A stretch of 64,000 bases of DNA from Eledone cirrhosa (GCA_964016885.1 OZ024742.1:15996001-16060000), one strand, 5' to 3'; shown: positions 41,401-56,009, counted from the stretch's first letter. The notes: generated from the sequence alone by a model not told the origin. Numbers and translations: made by a program.

Positions 41401-44400
41401 CTAGATCTACTGATATAGTGTAGACAGTAGATGTTGGAGTTTGACACTAGATCTACTGATATAGTGTAGACAGTAGATGTTGGAGTTTGATACTAGATCT
41501 ACTGATATAGAGTAGACAGTAGATGTTGGAGTTTGACACTAGATCTACTGATATAGTGTAGACGATAGATGTTGGAGTTTGATACTAGATCTACTGATAT
41601 AGTGTAGACAGTAGATGTTGGAGTTTGACACTAGATCTACTGATATAGTGTAGACAGTAGATGTTGGAGTTTGATACTAGATCTACTGATATAGAGTAGA
41701 CAGTAGATGTTGGAGTTTGACACTAGATCTACTGATAGAGTGTAGACAATAGATGTTGGAGTTTGACACTAGATCTACTGATATAGTGTAGACAGTAGAT
41801 GTTGGAGTTTAATACTAGATCTACTGATATAGTGTAGACAATAGATGTTGGAGTTTGACACTAGATCTACTGATATAGTGTAGACAATAGATGTTGGAGT
41901 TTGACACTAGATCTACTGATATAGTGTAGACAATAGATGTTGGAGTTTGACACTAGATCTACTGATATAGTGTAGACAGTAGATGTTGGAGTTTGACACT
42001 AGATCTACTGATATAGTGTAGACAATAGATGTTGGAGTTTGACACTAGATCTACTGATATAGTGTAGACAGTAGATGTTGGAGTTTGACACTAGATCTAC
42101 TGATATAGTGTAGACAGTAGATGTTGGAGTTTGACACTAGATCTACTGATATAGCGTAGACAATAGATGTTGGAGTTTGACACTAGATCTACTGATATAG
42201 TGTAGACAATAGATGTTGGAGTTTGATACTAGTTCTACTGATATAGTGTTGACAGTAGATGTTGGAGTTTGATACTAGTTCTACTGATATAGTGTAGACA
42301 ATAGATGTTGGAGTTTGACACTAGATCTACTGATATAGTGTTGACAGTAGATGTTGGAGTTTGATACTAGTTCTACTGATATAGTGTAGACAATAGATGT
42401 TGGAGTTTGACACTAGATCTACTGATATAGTGTAGACAGTAGATGTTGGATTTTGACACTAGATCTACTGATATAGTGTAGACAGTAGATGTTGGAGTTT
42501 GACACTAGATCAACTGATATAGTGTTGACAGTAGATGTTGGAGTTTGACACTAGATCTACTGATATAGTGTAGACAGTAGATGTTGGAGTTTGACACTAG
42601 ATCTACTGATATAGTGTAGACAGTAGATGTTGGAGTTTGACACTAGATCAACTGATATAGTGTTGACAGTAGATGTTGGAGTTTGACACTAGATCTACTG
42701 ATATAGTGTAGACAATAAATGTACGAGTTTGATACTAGACCTACTGATATAGTGTAGATAGTAGATGTTGGAGTTTGACACTAGATCTACTGATATAGTG
42801 TAGATAGTAGATGTTGGAGTTTGACACTAGATCTACTGATATAGTGTACACAATAGATGTTGGAGTTTGACACTAGATCTACTGATATAGTGTAGACAGT
42901 AGATGTTGGAGTTTGATACTAGTTCTACTGATATAGTGTAGACAGTAGATGTTGGAGTTTGACACTAGATCTACTGATATAGTGTAGACAGTAGATGTTG
43001 GAGTTTGACACTAGATCTACTGATATAGCGTAGACAATATATGTTGGAGTTTGACACTAGATCTACTGATATAGTGTAGACAATAGATGTTGGAGTTTGA
43101 TACTAGTTCTACTGATATAGTGTTGACAGTAGATGTTGGAGTTTGATACTAGTTCTACTGATATAGTGTAGACAATAGATGTTGGAGTTTGACACTAGAT
43201 CTACTGATATAGTGTTGACAGTAGATGTTGGAGTTTGATACTAGTTCTACTGATATAGTGTAGACAATAGATGTTGGAGTTTGACACTAGATCTACTGAT
43301 ATAGTGTAGACAGTAGATGTTGGATTTTGACACTAGATCTACTGATATAGTGTAGACAGTAGATGTTGGAGTTTGACACTAGATCAACTGATATAGTGTT
43401 GACAGTAGATGTTGGAGTTTGACACTAGATCTACTGATATAGTGTAGACAGTAGATGTTGGAGTTTGACACTAGATCTACTGATATAGTGTAGACAGTAG
43501 ATGTTGGAGTTTGACACTAGATCAACTGATATAGTGTTGACAGTAGATGTTGGAGTTTGACACTAGATCTACTGATATAGTGTAGACAATAAATGTACGA
43601 GTTTGATACTAGACCTACTGATATAGTGTAGATAGTAGATGTTGGAGTTTGACACTAGATCTACTGATATAGTGTAGATAGTAGATGTTGGAGTTTGACA
43701 CTAGATCTACTGATATAGTGTACACAATAGATGTTGGAGTTTGACACTAGATCTACTGATATAGTGTAGACAGTAGATGTTGGAGTTTGACACTAGATCT
43801 GCTGATATAGTGTAGACAATAGATGTTGGAGTTTGACACTAGATCTACTGATATAGTGTATACAGTAGATGTTGGAGTTTGATACTAGATCTACTGATAT
43901 AGTGTAGACAGTAGATGTTGGATTTTGACACTAGATCTACTGATATAGTGTAGACAGTAGATGTTGGAGTTTGATACTAGATCTACTGATATAGTGTAGA
44001 CAATAGATGTTGGAGTTTGACACTAGATCTACTGATATAGTGTAGACAATAGAAGTTGGAGTTTGACACTAGATCTACTGATATAGTGTAGACAATAGAT
44101 GTTGGAGTTTGACACTAGATATACTGATATAGTGTAGACAATAGATGTTGGAGTTTGACACTAGATATACTGATATAGTGTAGACAGTAGATGTTGGAGA
44201 TTTACACTAGATCTACTGATATAGTGTAGACAGTAGATGTTGGAGTTTGACACTAGATATACTGATATAGTGTAGACAGTAGATGTTGGAGTTTGACACT
44301 AGATCTACTGATATAGTGTAGACAGTAGATGTTGGAGTTTGACATTAGATCTACTGATATAGTGTAGACAGTAGATGTTGGAGTTTGACACTAGATCTAC

Positions 44401-47400
44401 TGATATAGTGTAGACAGTAGATGTTGGAGTTTGACACTAGATCTACTGATATAGTGTAGACAGTAGTCTTTGGAGTTTGACACTAGATCAACTGATATAG
44501 TGTAGACAATAGATGTTGGAGTTTGACACTAGGTCTAATGATAGAGTGTAGACAATAGATGTTGGAGTTTGACACAAGATCTACTGATATAGTGTAGACA
44601 GTAGATGTTGGAGTTTGACACTAGATCTACTGATATAGTGTAGACAATAGACGTTGGAGTTTGACACTAGATCTACTGATATTATGTAGACAATAGACGT
44701 TGGAGTTTGACACTAGATCTACTGATATAGTGTAGACAATAGACGTTGGAGTTTGACACTAGATCTACTGATATAGTGTAGACAATAGACGTTGGAGTTT
44801 GACACTAGATCTACTGATATAGTGTAGACAATAGATGTTGGAGTTTGACACTAGATTTACTGATATAGTGTAGACAGTAGATGTTGGAGTTTGACACTAG
44901 ATCTACTGATATAGTGGAGACAGTAGATGTTGGAGTTTGACACTAGATCTACTGATATAGTGTAGACAGTAGATGTTGGAGTTTGACACTAGATCTACTG
45001 ATATAGTGTAGACAGTAGTTGTTGGAGTTTGACACTAGATCTACTGATATAGTGTAGACAGTAGATGTTGAAGTTTGATACTAGTTCTACTGATATAGCG
45101 TAGACAGTAGATGTTGGAGTTTGACACTAGATCTACTGATATAGTGTAGACAATTGATGTTGGAGTTTGACACTAGATCTACTGATATAGTGTAGACAGT
45201 AGATGTTGAAGTTTGACACTAGATCTACTGATATATTGTAGACAGTAGATGTTGAAGTTTGATACTAGTTCTACTGATATAGCTTAGACAATAGATGTTG
45301 GAGATTGACACTAGATCTACTGATATAGTGTAGACAATAGATGTTGGAGTTTGATACTAGATCTACTGATATAGTGTAGACAGTAGATGTTGGAGTTTGA
45401 CACTAGATCTACTGATATAGTGTAGACAATAGATGTTGGCGTTTGACACTAGATCTACTGATATAGTGTAGACAATAGATGTTGGAGTTTGACACTAGAT
45501 CTACTGATATAGCGTAGACAATAGATGTTGGAGTTTTACACTAGATCTACTGATATAGTGTAGACAATACATGTTGGAGTTTGACACTAGATCTACTGAT
45601 ATAGTGTTGACAGTAGATGTTGGAGTTTGACACTAGATCTACTGATATAGTGTAGACAATAGATGTTGGAGTTTGACACTAGATCTACTGATATAGTGTA
45701 TACAGTAGATGTTGGATTTTGACACTATATCTACTGATATAGTGTAGACAGTAGATGTTGGAGTTTGATACTAGATCTACTGATATAGTGTAGACAGTAG
45801 AAGTTGGAGTTTGACACTAGATCTACTGATATAGTGTAGACAATAGATGTTGGAGTTTGACACTAGATCTACTGATAGAGTGTAGACAGTAGAAGTTGTA
45901 GTTTGACACTAGTTCTACTGATATAGTGTAGACAGTAGATGTTGGAGTTTGACACTAGATCTACTGATATAGTGTAGAAAATACATGTTGGAGCTTGACA
46001 CTAGATCTACTGATAGAGTGTAGACAGTAGAAGTTGTAATTTGACACTAGATCTACTGATATAGTGTAGACAGTAGATGTTGGAGCTTGATACTAGATCT
46101 TCTGATATAGAGTAGACAGTAGATGTTGGAGTTTGACACTAGATCTACTGATATAGTGTACACAGTAGATGTTGGAGTTTGACACTAGGTCTACTGATAT
46201 AGTGTACACAGTAGATGTTGGAGTTTGACACTAGATCTACTGATATAGTGTAGACAATAGATGTTGGAGTTTGACACTAGATCTACTGATAGAGTGTAGA
46301 CAGTAGATGTTGGAGTTTGATACTAGATCTACTGATATAGTGTAGACAAGAGATGTTGGAGTTTGATACTAGATCTACTGATATAGTGTAGACAATAGAT
46401 GTTGGAGTTTGACACTAGATCTACTGATATAGTGTAGACAATAGATGTTGGAGTTTGATACTAGTTCTACTGATATAGTGTAGACAGTAGATGTACGAGT
46501 TTGATACTAGTTCTACTGATATAGTGTAGACAGTAGATGTACGAGTTTGACACTTGATCTACTGATATAGTGTAGACAATAGATGTTGGAGTTTGACACT
46601 AGATCTACTGATATAGTGTAGACAGTAGATGTTGGAGTTTGATACTAGATCTACTGATATAGTGTAGACAATAGATGTTGGAGTTTGATACTAGATCTAC
46701 TGATATAGTGTAGACAGTAGATGTTGGAGTTTGACACTAGATCTACTGATATAGTGTAGACAATACATGTTGGAGTTTGACACTAGATCTACTGATATAG
46801 TGTTGACAGTAGATGTTGGAGTTTGACACTAGATCTACTGATATAGTGTAGATAGTAGATGTTGGAGTTTGACACTTGATCTACTGATATAGTGTACACA
46901 ATAGATGTTGGAGTTTGACACTAGATCTACTGATATAGTGTAGACAGTAGATGTTGGAGTTTGACACTAGATCTGCTGATATAGTGTAGATAGTAGATGT
47001 TGGAGTTTGACACTAGATCTACTGATATAGTGTACACAATAGATGTTGGAGTTTGACACTAGATCTACTGATATAGTGTACACAATAGATGTTGGAGTTT
47101 GACACTAGATCTACTGATATAGTGTACACAATAGATGTTGGAGTTTGACACTAGATCTACTGATATAGTGTAGACAGTAGATGTTGGAGTTTGATACTAG
47201 ATCTACTGATATAGTGTAGACAGTAGATGTTGGAGTTTGATACTAGATCTACTGATATAGTGTAGACAGTAGAAGTTGGAGTTTGACACTAGATCTACTG
47301 ATATAGTGTAGACAATAGATGTTGGAGTTTGACACTAGATCTACTGATAGAGTGTAGACAGTAGAAGTTGTAGTTTGACACTAGATCTACTGATATAGTG

Positions 47401-50400
47401 TAGATAGTAGATGTTGGAGTTTGATACTAGATCTACTGATATAGTGTAGACAATAGATGTTGGAGTTTGACACTAGATCTACTGATATAGTGTAGATAGT
47501 AGATGTTGGAGTTTGACACTTGATCTACTGATATAGTGTAGACAGTAGATGTTGGAGTTTGACACTAGATCTACTGATATAGTGTAGACAGTAGATGTTG
47601 GAGTTTGACACTAGTTCTACTGATATAGTGTAGACAGTAGATGTTGGAGTTTGACACTAGATCTACTGATATAGTGTAGACAGTAGATGTTGGAGTTTGA
47701 CACTAGATCTACTGATATAGTGTAGACAGTAGATGTTGGAGTTTGACACTAGTTCTACTGATATAGTGTAGACAGTAGATGTTGGAGTTTGACACTAGAT
47801 CTACTGATATAGTGTAGACAGTAGATGTTGGAGTTTGACACTAGATCTACTGATATAGTGTAGATAGTAGATGTTGGAGTTTGACACTTGATCTACTGAT
47901 ATAGTGTAGAAAATACATGTTGGAGCTTGACACTAGATCTACTGATAGAGTGTTAACAGTAGATGTTGGAGTTTGACACTAGATCTACTGATATAGTGTA
48001 GATAGTAGATGTTGGAGTTTGACACTTGATCTACTGATATAGTGTACACAATAGATGTTGGAGTTTGACACTAGATCTACTGATATAGTGTAGACAGTAG
48101 ATGTTGGAGTTTGACACTAGATCTGCTGATATAGTATAGATAGTAGATGTTGGAGTTTGACACTAGATCTACTGATATAGTGTACACAATAGATGTTGGA
48201 GTTTGACACTAGATCTACTGATATAGTGTAGACAGTAGATGTTGGAGTTTGACACTAGATCTACTGATATAGTGTAGACAGTAGATGTTGGAGTTTGACA
48301 CTAGATCTACTGATATAGTGCAGACAGTAGATGTTGGAGTTTGACACTAGATCTACTGATATAGTGTAGATAGTAGATGTTGGAGTTTGACACTTGATCT
48401 ACTGATATAGTGTAGAAAATACATGTTGGAGCTTGACACTAGATCTACTGATAGAGTGTTAACAGTAGATGTTGGAGTTTGACACTAGATCTACTGATAT
48501 AGTGTAGATAGTAGATGTTGGAGTTTGACACTTGATCTACTGATATAGTGTACACAATAGATGTTGGAGTTTGACACTAGATCTACTGATATAGTGTAGA
48601 CAGTAGATGTTGGAGTTTGACACTAGATCTGCTGATATAGTATAGATAGTAGATGTTGGAGTTTGACACTAGATCTACTGATATAGTGTACACAATAGAT
48701 GTTGGAGTTTGACACTAGATCTACTGATATAGTGTAGACAGTAGATGTTGGAGTTTGACACTAGATCTACTGATATAGTGTAGACAGTAGATGTTGGAGT
48801 TTGACACTAGATCTACTGATATAGTGCAGACAGTAGATGTTGGAGTTTGACACTAGATCTACTGATATAGTGTAGATAGTAGATGTTGGAGTTTGACACT
48901 TGATCTACTGATATAGTGTAGAAAATACATGTTGGAGCTTGACACTAGATCTACTGATAGAGTGTTAACAGTAGATGTTGGAGTTTGACACTAGATCTAC
49001 TGATATAGTGTAGATAGTAGATGTTGGAGTTTGACACTTGATCTACTGATATAGTGTACACAATAGATGTTGGAGTTTGACACTAGATCTACTGATATAG
49101 TGTACACAATAGATGTTGGAGTTTGACACTAGATCTACTGATATAGTGTAGACAGTAGATGTTGGAGTTTGACACTAGATCTGCTGATATAGTGTAGACA
49201 ATAGATGTTGGAGTTTGACACTAGATCTACTGATATAGTGTAGACAGTAGATGTTGGAGTTTGACACTAGATCTACTGATATAGTGTAGATAGTAGATGT
49301 TGGAGTTTGACACTTGATCTACTGATATAGTGTAGAAAATACATGTTGGAGCTTGACACTAGATCTACTGATAGAGTGTTAACAGTAGATGTTGGAGTTT
49401 GACACTAGATCTACTGATATAGTGTAGATAGTAGATGTTGGAGTTTGACACTTGATCTACTGATATAGTGTACACAATAGATGTTGGAGTTTGACACTAG
49501 ATCTACTGATATAGTGTACACAATAGATGTTGGAGTTTGACACTAGATCTACTGATATAGTGTAGACAGTAGATGTTGGAGTTTGACACTAGATCTGCTG
49601 ATATAGTGTAGACAATAGATGTTTGAGTTTGACACTAGATCTACTGATATAGTGTAGACAGTAGATGTTGGAGTTTGACACTAGATCTACTGATATAGTG
49701 TAGATAGTAGATGTTGGAGTTTGACACTTGATCTACTGATATAGTGTAGAAAATACATGTTGGAGCTTGACACTAGATCTACTGATAGAGTGTTAACAGT
49801 AGATGTTGGAGTTTGACACTAGATCTACTGATATAGTGTAGATAGTAGATGTTGGAGTTTGACACTTGATCTACTGATATAGTGTACACAATAGATGTTG
49901 GAGTTTGACACTAGATCTACTGATATAGTGTAGACAGTAGATGTTGGAGTTTGACACTAGATCTGCTGATATAGTATAGATAGTAGATGTTGGAGTTTGA
50001 CACTAGATCTACTGATATAGTGTACACAATAGATGTTGGAGTTTGACACTAGATCTACTGATATAGTGTAGACAGTAGACGTTGGAGTTTGACACTAGAT
50101 CTGCTGATATAGTGTAGACAATAGATGTTGGAGTTTGACACTAGATCTACTGATATAGTGTATACAGTAGATGTTGGATTTTGACACTATATCTACTGAT
50201 ATAGTGTAGACAGTAGATGTTGGAGTTTGATACTAGATCTACTGATATAGTGTAGACAGTAGAAGTTGGAGTTTGACACTAGATCTACTGATATAGTGTA
50301 GACAATAGATGTTGGAGTTTGACACTAGATCTACTGATATAGTGTAGACAGTAGAAGTTGTAGTTTGACACTAGTTCTACTGATATAGTGTAGACAGTAG

Positions 50401-51337
50401 ATGTTGGAATTTGACACTAGATCTACTGATATAGTGTAGAAAATACATGTTGGAGCTTGACACTAGATCTACTGATATAGTGTAGACAGTAGAAGTTGTA
50501 ATTTGACACTAGATCTACTGATATAGTGTAGACAGTAGATGTTGGAGCTTGATACTAGATCTTCTTATATAGAGTAGACAGTAGATGTTGGAGTTTGACA
50601 CTAGATCTACTGATATAGTGTACACAGTAGATGTTGGAGTTTGACACTAGATCTACTGATATAGTGTACACAGTAGATGTTGGAGTTTGATACTAGATCT
50701 ACTGATATAGTGTAGACAATAGATGTTGGAGTTTGATACTAGATCTACTGATATAGTGTAGACAGTAGATGTTGGAGTTTGACACTAGATCTACTAATAT
50801 AGTGTAGACAGTTGATGTTGGAGTTTGACACTAGATCTACTGATATAGTGTAGACAGTAGATGTTGGAGTTTGACACTAGATCTACTGATATAGTGTAGA
50901 CAGTTGATGTTGGAGTTTGACACTAGATCTTCTGATATAATGTAGACAGTAGATGTTGGAGTTTGACATTAGATCTACTGATATAGTGTAGACAGTAGAA
51001 GTTGGAGTTTGACACTAGATCTACTGATATAGTGTAGACAGTAGAAGTTGGAGTTTGACACTAGATCTACCGATATAGTGTAGACAGTAGATGTTGGTGT
51101 TTGACATTAGATCTACTGATATAGTGCAGACAGTAGAAGTTGGAGTTTGACACTAGATCTACTGATATAGTGTAGACAATAGATGTGGGGGTTTGACACT
51201 AGATCTACTGATATAGTGTAGACAATAGCTGTTGGAGTTTGACACTAGATCTACTGATATAGTGTAGACAATAGATGAAGTTTGTCACTAGATCTACTGA
51301 TATAGTGTAGACAATAGATGAAGTTTGACACTAGATC
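20468..51337. repeat. 46-bp tandem satellite, ~670 copies (consensus GAGTTTGA(C/T)ACTAGATCTACTGATATAGTGTAGACA(G/A)TAGATGTTG)
   Basis: Period 46 measured (gag at 21661 and 21707); uninterrupted for ~30.9 kb; no spacers; no ORF in the track. Confidence 0.98.
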
Positions 51338-52029
51338 ACGTCACTTTTTTCAAATGAAATATTTTAAATATGACATAAAATGTCAGCTACTATTGGCATT
51401 TCTGAACAATTTATACTCCAGAGAACATATTCCGAAATGTTATTGATATTTCAATATAAAATCCAGCTGCTTATTGGTATATGAGGTAATTAAAATGAGA
51501 CGAAAACAGAGAAAGGATTTATTATATCGATAACTATAGGAAAACAAAATATATGAACCAAAATATGAAAAACGAGAGGTGTAAAATGAATTAGAAGAAA
51601 GGGAGAGATAGCTGTATTTATATGTATATATGTAAAGAGAGAGAGAGAGCTAGTGAGAGCGAACTAGGGGGAGGGGCGCTAGAGAGAGGCAAAGAGAGAG
51701 AGGTAGAGATAGATAGAGAGAGGCAAAGAGAGAGAGGTAGAGATAGATAGAGAGAGAGAGAGAGATCATACCCATACAAACAGTGCTGAAAATTAATTAA
51801 AAAAGGTAGAAGTTTAAATATTGTGTATAAAATGTTCAGATTGTCCAATGTGTAGATGCTGATAATTAACAAATCCCGCGTGAAATGTACTTAATTCACA
51901 CATGTCATCATTGAACGATATTGTGAGACAATAACAACAGCAAGGAGAAGGATGAGGAGGAGGTGGAGAGTGGGTTTGGAGTATAACACGATGAAATAGG
52001 AGGAAGGGAGGAGGAGAATGAAGTGGGCT

Positions 52030-52440
<411 letters not shown>

Positions 52441-52571
52441 TATAAAGAAGAGCAGTGAGAGAACAAGCTAAAGTGGTGTAAGCAAGTACAAGGAGAAGAA
52501 AAAGGACAAAAGTGATGTGATTTCTGGACATCACTGGACAAAGACTACAAGTCAGATTGTTTGTTGAAACA

Positions 52572-52768
52572 GAAAATCGACGTTTTCATAAATAGTTTCC
52601 CTTGTTTTCACTCTTGTCTGTCTGTCTATCAATCTTTACACGAACAATGTAGTGAGACAGTCAGTCACAATATATCAACCGAAACAATTCAATGCAAATA
52701 AATAGCGTTCATTTAGTGGTCAACATCTAACTTAGGTACATCTACTGTTTAGAAAATAGGACAGTTAG
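52572..52768. repeat. Unclassified dispersed repeat
   Basis: Reverse complement of ~55805-56000; part of it is duplicated again at 56105-56186. Confidence 0.7.
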
Positions 52769-52812
52769 TGTATACATACATATTCACACACATACTTACA
52801 TACATACATACC

Positions 52813-53418
52813 TATCGAGTATGGCCATTGCACGATATACCATTATTAATAATTATTAATTAATTCCATCGTGCAATGCCTGTGTGTGAAGATATTTTTT
52901 AAAGTGAAGAAAGACTGTGCACTGAGCCAATCCCACTCTCTGAGCGACATTAGCTATAACCCGAAAAGAAGAAAAGATCAACATCATCGGTAACTATTGA
53001 GCCGCAGGTTTTATATCGGAGTTATCCCAGTTTCCTGAGTTGCCTTCTCTTAGAAGAATGCCCTGACAAATGCTAGGAGTCCTTCACTCCCAGTGGTTTA
53101 ACCACACGATCGGGTGTCTAGTCCGACTATTTCTATGTCTCCGCGCATATACATACACATGCACCTATGCATATACACATATACATATACACACATGTAC
53201 AGGTGTATATACATATTTACACACTTTTGGATGGCCGTTGACTCTTATGGGTTCTTCCACCCTTTGTTAGGTTTTGTTTTTTTTCCTGCAGGGTGTCCAA
53301 AATCCTCCTCCTCACCAAGTAAACTTGGAGGAGTGGCCGGTTTAGTCACCGACGACCCGACCATGCGACAGGTTGTACTGGGTTACATGTTACCAGTAGC
53401 ATTCAAGAGTGACCCGAC
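52813..53418. mobile_element. Family S non-coding element, opposite orientation, between CATA/CCTA repeats
   Basis: Reverse complement of 15264-16045 without the SINE. Confidence 0.75.
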
Positions 53419-53464
53419 ATATCTACCTACCTACATACCTACCTACTTACCTACCTACCTAAAT

Positions 53465-53557
53465 ACGTGCATCCGTACATTCAAACCAAGTTGATGTTGT
53501 TTAAATTCCAATGCAAGAGTCTTGTGTCTATGCTAGAAACCGGCTTGCTCTCTTTCT
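53465..53557 (+). mobile_element. R4/Dong-type 3' UTR remnant
   Basis: agttgatgttgtttaaattccaatg..gagtcttgtgtctatgctagaaaccg is the reverse complement of ~7410-7470. Confidence 0.7.
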
Positions 53558-53670
53558 ATATATTTTCGGTTCATTTTCATCGGCACAAGTTGAACAAGTT
53601 GGCCCCCAGCTAAAGAAACGTACGTACCTGGTATGGCACTGTTGTAGTAACTGGCCATAATGATTATCTC

Positions 53671-53769
<99 letters not shown>

Positions 53770-53837
53770 CTATCTTCAATGAACTTTTAACATGAGGTTC
53801 ACATGAAGATATGTCACTATCTTTACAACAATTATTG

Positions 53838-53898
53838 TATTTTATCTGACGAAAGCGTACTAAAATATTAGTACTCTTGAAATACGTATAATAAAATA
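53838..53898 (+). ncRNA. Type I hammerhead ribozyme, family G (single copy here)
   Basis: tattttat-CTGACGA-aagcgtactaa-aata-ttagtactctt-GAA-ATACGTAT-A-ataaaata: 8-bp helix I, 10 of 11 pairs in helix II, palindromic helix III, AUA site at 53890. Lies in a ~270-bp island between (TA)n tracts. Confidence 0.85.
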
Positions 53899-54052
53899 AA
53901 TATGGTTTTATAAAGATATTTTCCATTTATTAATATTATTGATATTAATGATATCCGGATAAACTCGTTGAGTGCTTCTAATCTGTTGTAAATTAGCTTT
54001 GTTGAATAATCAACAAACCAAATAACTCATTGTTTATATATATATATATATA

Positions 54053-54413
54053 TATATTAGTAAAAAGGAAAAGAAACTACTGACAAATTTTTCCCAGTGA
54101 AAATAATTTAATTAGGAATAAGTATAAATTAGTAATAAGTATTGTTAGTATTCAGTTTTAGTTTTAAGTTTTTACCGGTTGCGCATTTCTAATGCTTTTC
54201 AAAAATTATTTTGAGATAGATTAGAGCAAACATCACGAGCGCTCTATCTCAAAATAATTTTTGAAAAGCATTAGAAATGCGCAACCGGTAAAAACTTAAA
54301 ACTAAAACTGAATACTCACCAATACTTATTACTAATTTACACTTATTCCTAATTAAACTATTTTTCACTGGGAAAAATTTGTCAGCATTTTCTTTTCTTT
54401 TTTTCTAATATAT
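54053..54413. repeat. Fold-back: ~165-bp inverted arms around a ~23-bp spacer
   Basis: 54053-54220 is the reverse complement of 54244-54413, with mismatches concentrated distally. Confidence 0.85.
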
Positions 54414-54523
54414 CACAACTCGTGTGTCACACCTATTTTTTTAAAATATATATATATATATATAAAACTTAAGCCCTAAACCCCACTTTGGAGGAGTATA
54501 AGCTATATATACATATACATATA

Positions 54524-55774
54524 CAGGGTGCGGGCGGTATTTGAGGACACATATATTTTTAGTCATTATTTTATTTGACTAATTTTTATTGAACTTCCAT
54601 TTCAGAAAATAACAATGAAAATAACTATACTTACTAATGAAATGAAAAGTCATGTTGTGATTGTGGCTTTGAAGGGTAAGCATGGAGATTTAGAAATTTC
54701 TCGTTTTCTGAAAGTTGCAAGATCTTTTGTCCACAAGATTCGGTGTGAGTTAGAGAAAGAAGATGGAAGCGTATTTCCTGTATCAAAACGTAAACAAGAT
54801 TCCAAATGCTCTGATTCTATCTGGATACCTGAATTTATTCAGGAAGTTAAGGAAAACATTGATGACAATCCAGGAAAATCAACGAGGTCAATTGCAGAAA
54901 AAAACAATCAAAAATATTGTGCATGAAGACATCAGATACAAATCTTACGTGATGAGGAGAGGTCAATTCATGTCAGAAAAAACAAAAGAAGAGCGTTTAA
55001 TCAGATCCAAAAGACTTTTAAACAAACTTAAAAATCCATCAGAAGATGGTGTGATTTGGGTTTTCTCAGATGAGAAAAACTTTGACCAAGACCACAAAAC
55101 TAACTGAAGAAATGACAAGTAACTATGTGCAGACCCTTCTGAGGTTCCAAGAGTAATGCACACACAATTTCCTGCAGTGTCATGGTTTTGGGTGTTGTTA
55201 GCAATGAAGGACATGTGATGCCTCCTCACTTTTTTCCACAAGGCCTTAGGGTGAATGATGCTGCGTATATTGAGGTTCTGGATAAAGTTGTTAAGCCTTG
55301 GATCAACAGTGTATGCAATGGAAGGCCTTATGTCTTTCAACAAGATTCTGCACCATCATACAAGGCTCAAATAACACAAGAATGGATGGCTGACAATTTG
55401 CATGATCACATTACTCCCAACATTTGGCCTCCTAATTCTCCAGATGTCAATCCACTGGACTACTATGTATGGAGCATCGTTTAGAAAAATGTCAATGAAC
55501 ACCCCCATAACACCAAAGATTCTTTGAAAGCCACAATAATTCGAGTCTGTCCGATATGAACAAGGACCACTTAATCAGAGCTTGTAAACGATTTCAACCA
55601 CATGTAGAGGTAGTTATTGATGCTTATATGGTGGTTTTATTGGATGAAATTATTAAATTGATAATTTAGCTTTATGTTTATGTTATATTTATAAGAATAA
55701 AGTTTTATTCTGTTATTATATAAGGTTTTTTTTTTAAAACCATAAATCTGTCCTCAAATACCGTCCTCACCCTG
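54524..55774 (+). mobile_element. Tc1/mariner-superfamily DNA transposon, DD37D (maT) type, both TIRs present, transposase decayed
   Basis: 26-bp TIRs cagggtgcgggcggtatttgaggaca / tgtcctcaaataccgtcctcaccctg (24 of 26 match), TA on both sides. Confidence 0.92.
54615..55650 (+). pseudogene. DD37D transposase pseudogene
   Basis: VFSDEKNF, YVFQQDSAP and WPPNSPDVNPLDY with 37 residues between the second and third Asp; split over three ORFs. Confidence 0.9.
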
Positions 55775-55804
55775 TACATATAGGTGAGTGTGTATGTATA
55801 CATT

Positions 55805-56009
55805 AACTGTTCTATTTTCTAAACAGTAGACGTACCTAAGTTAGATGTTGACCACTAAATGAACTCTATTTATTTGCATTGAATTGTTTCGGTTGATATA
55901 TTGTGACTGACTGTCTCACTACATTGTTCGTGTAAATATTGATAGACAGACAGAAAAGAGTCAAAGCAAGGGAAACTATTTATGAAAACATCGATGGTTC
56001 TATATATAT

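Noticed and set aside
20468-51337. CRISPR array (tctactg...gtagat resembles the Cas12a repeat stem)
   Set aside because: Monomers are head-to-tail with no unique spacers, there are no cas genes, and the context is eukaryotic.
20468-51337. Satellite monomer as a hammerhead or coding repeat
   Set aside because: CTGATAT is not CUGANGA and there is no GAAA; no ORF of 60 aa or more in any frame.
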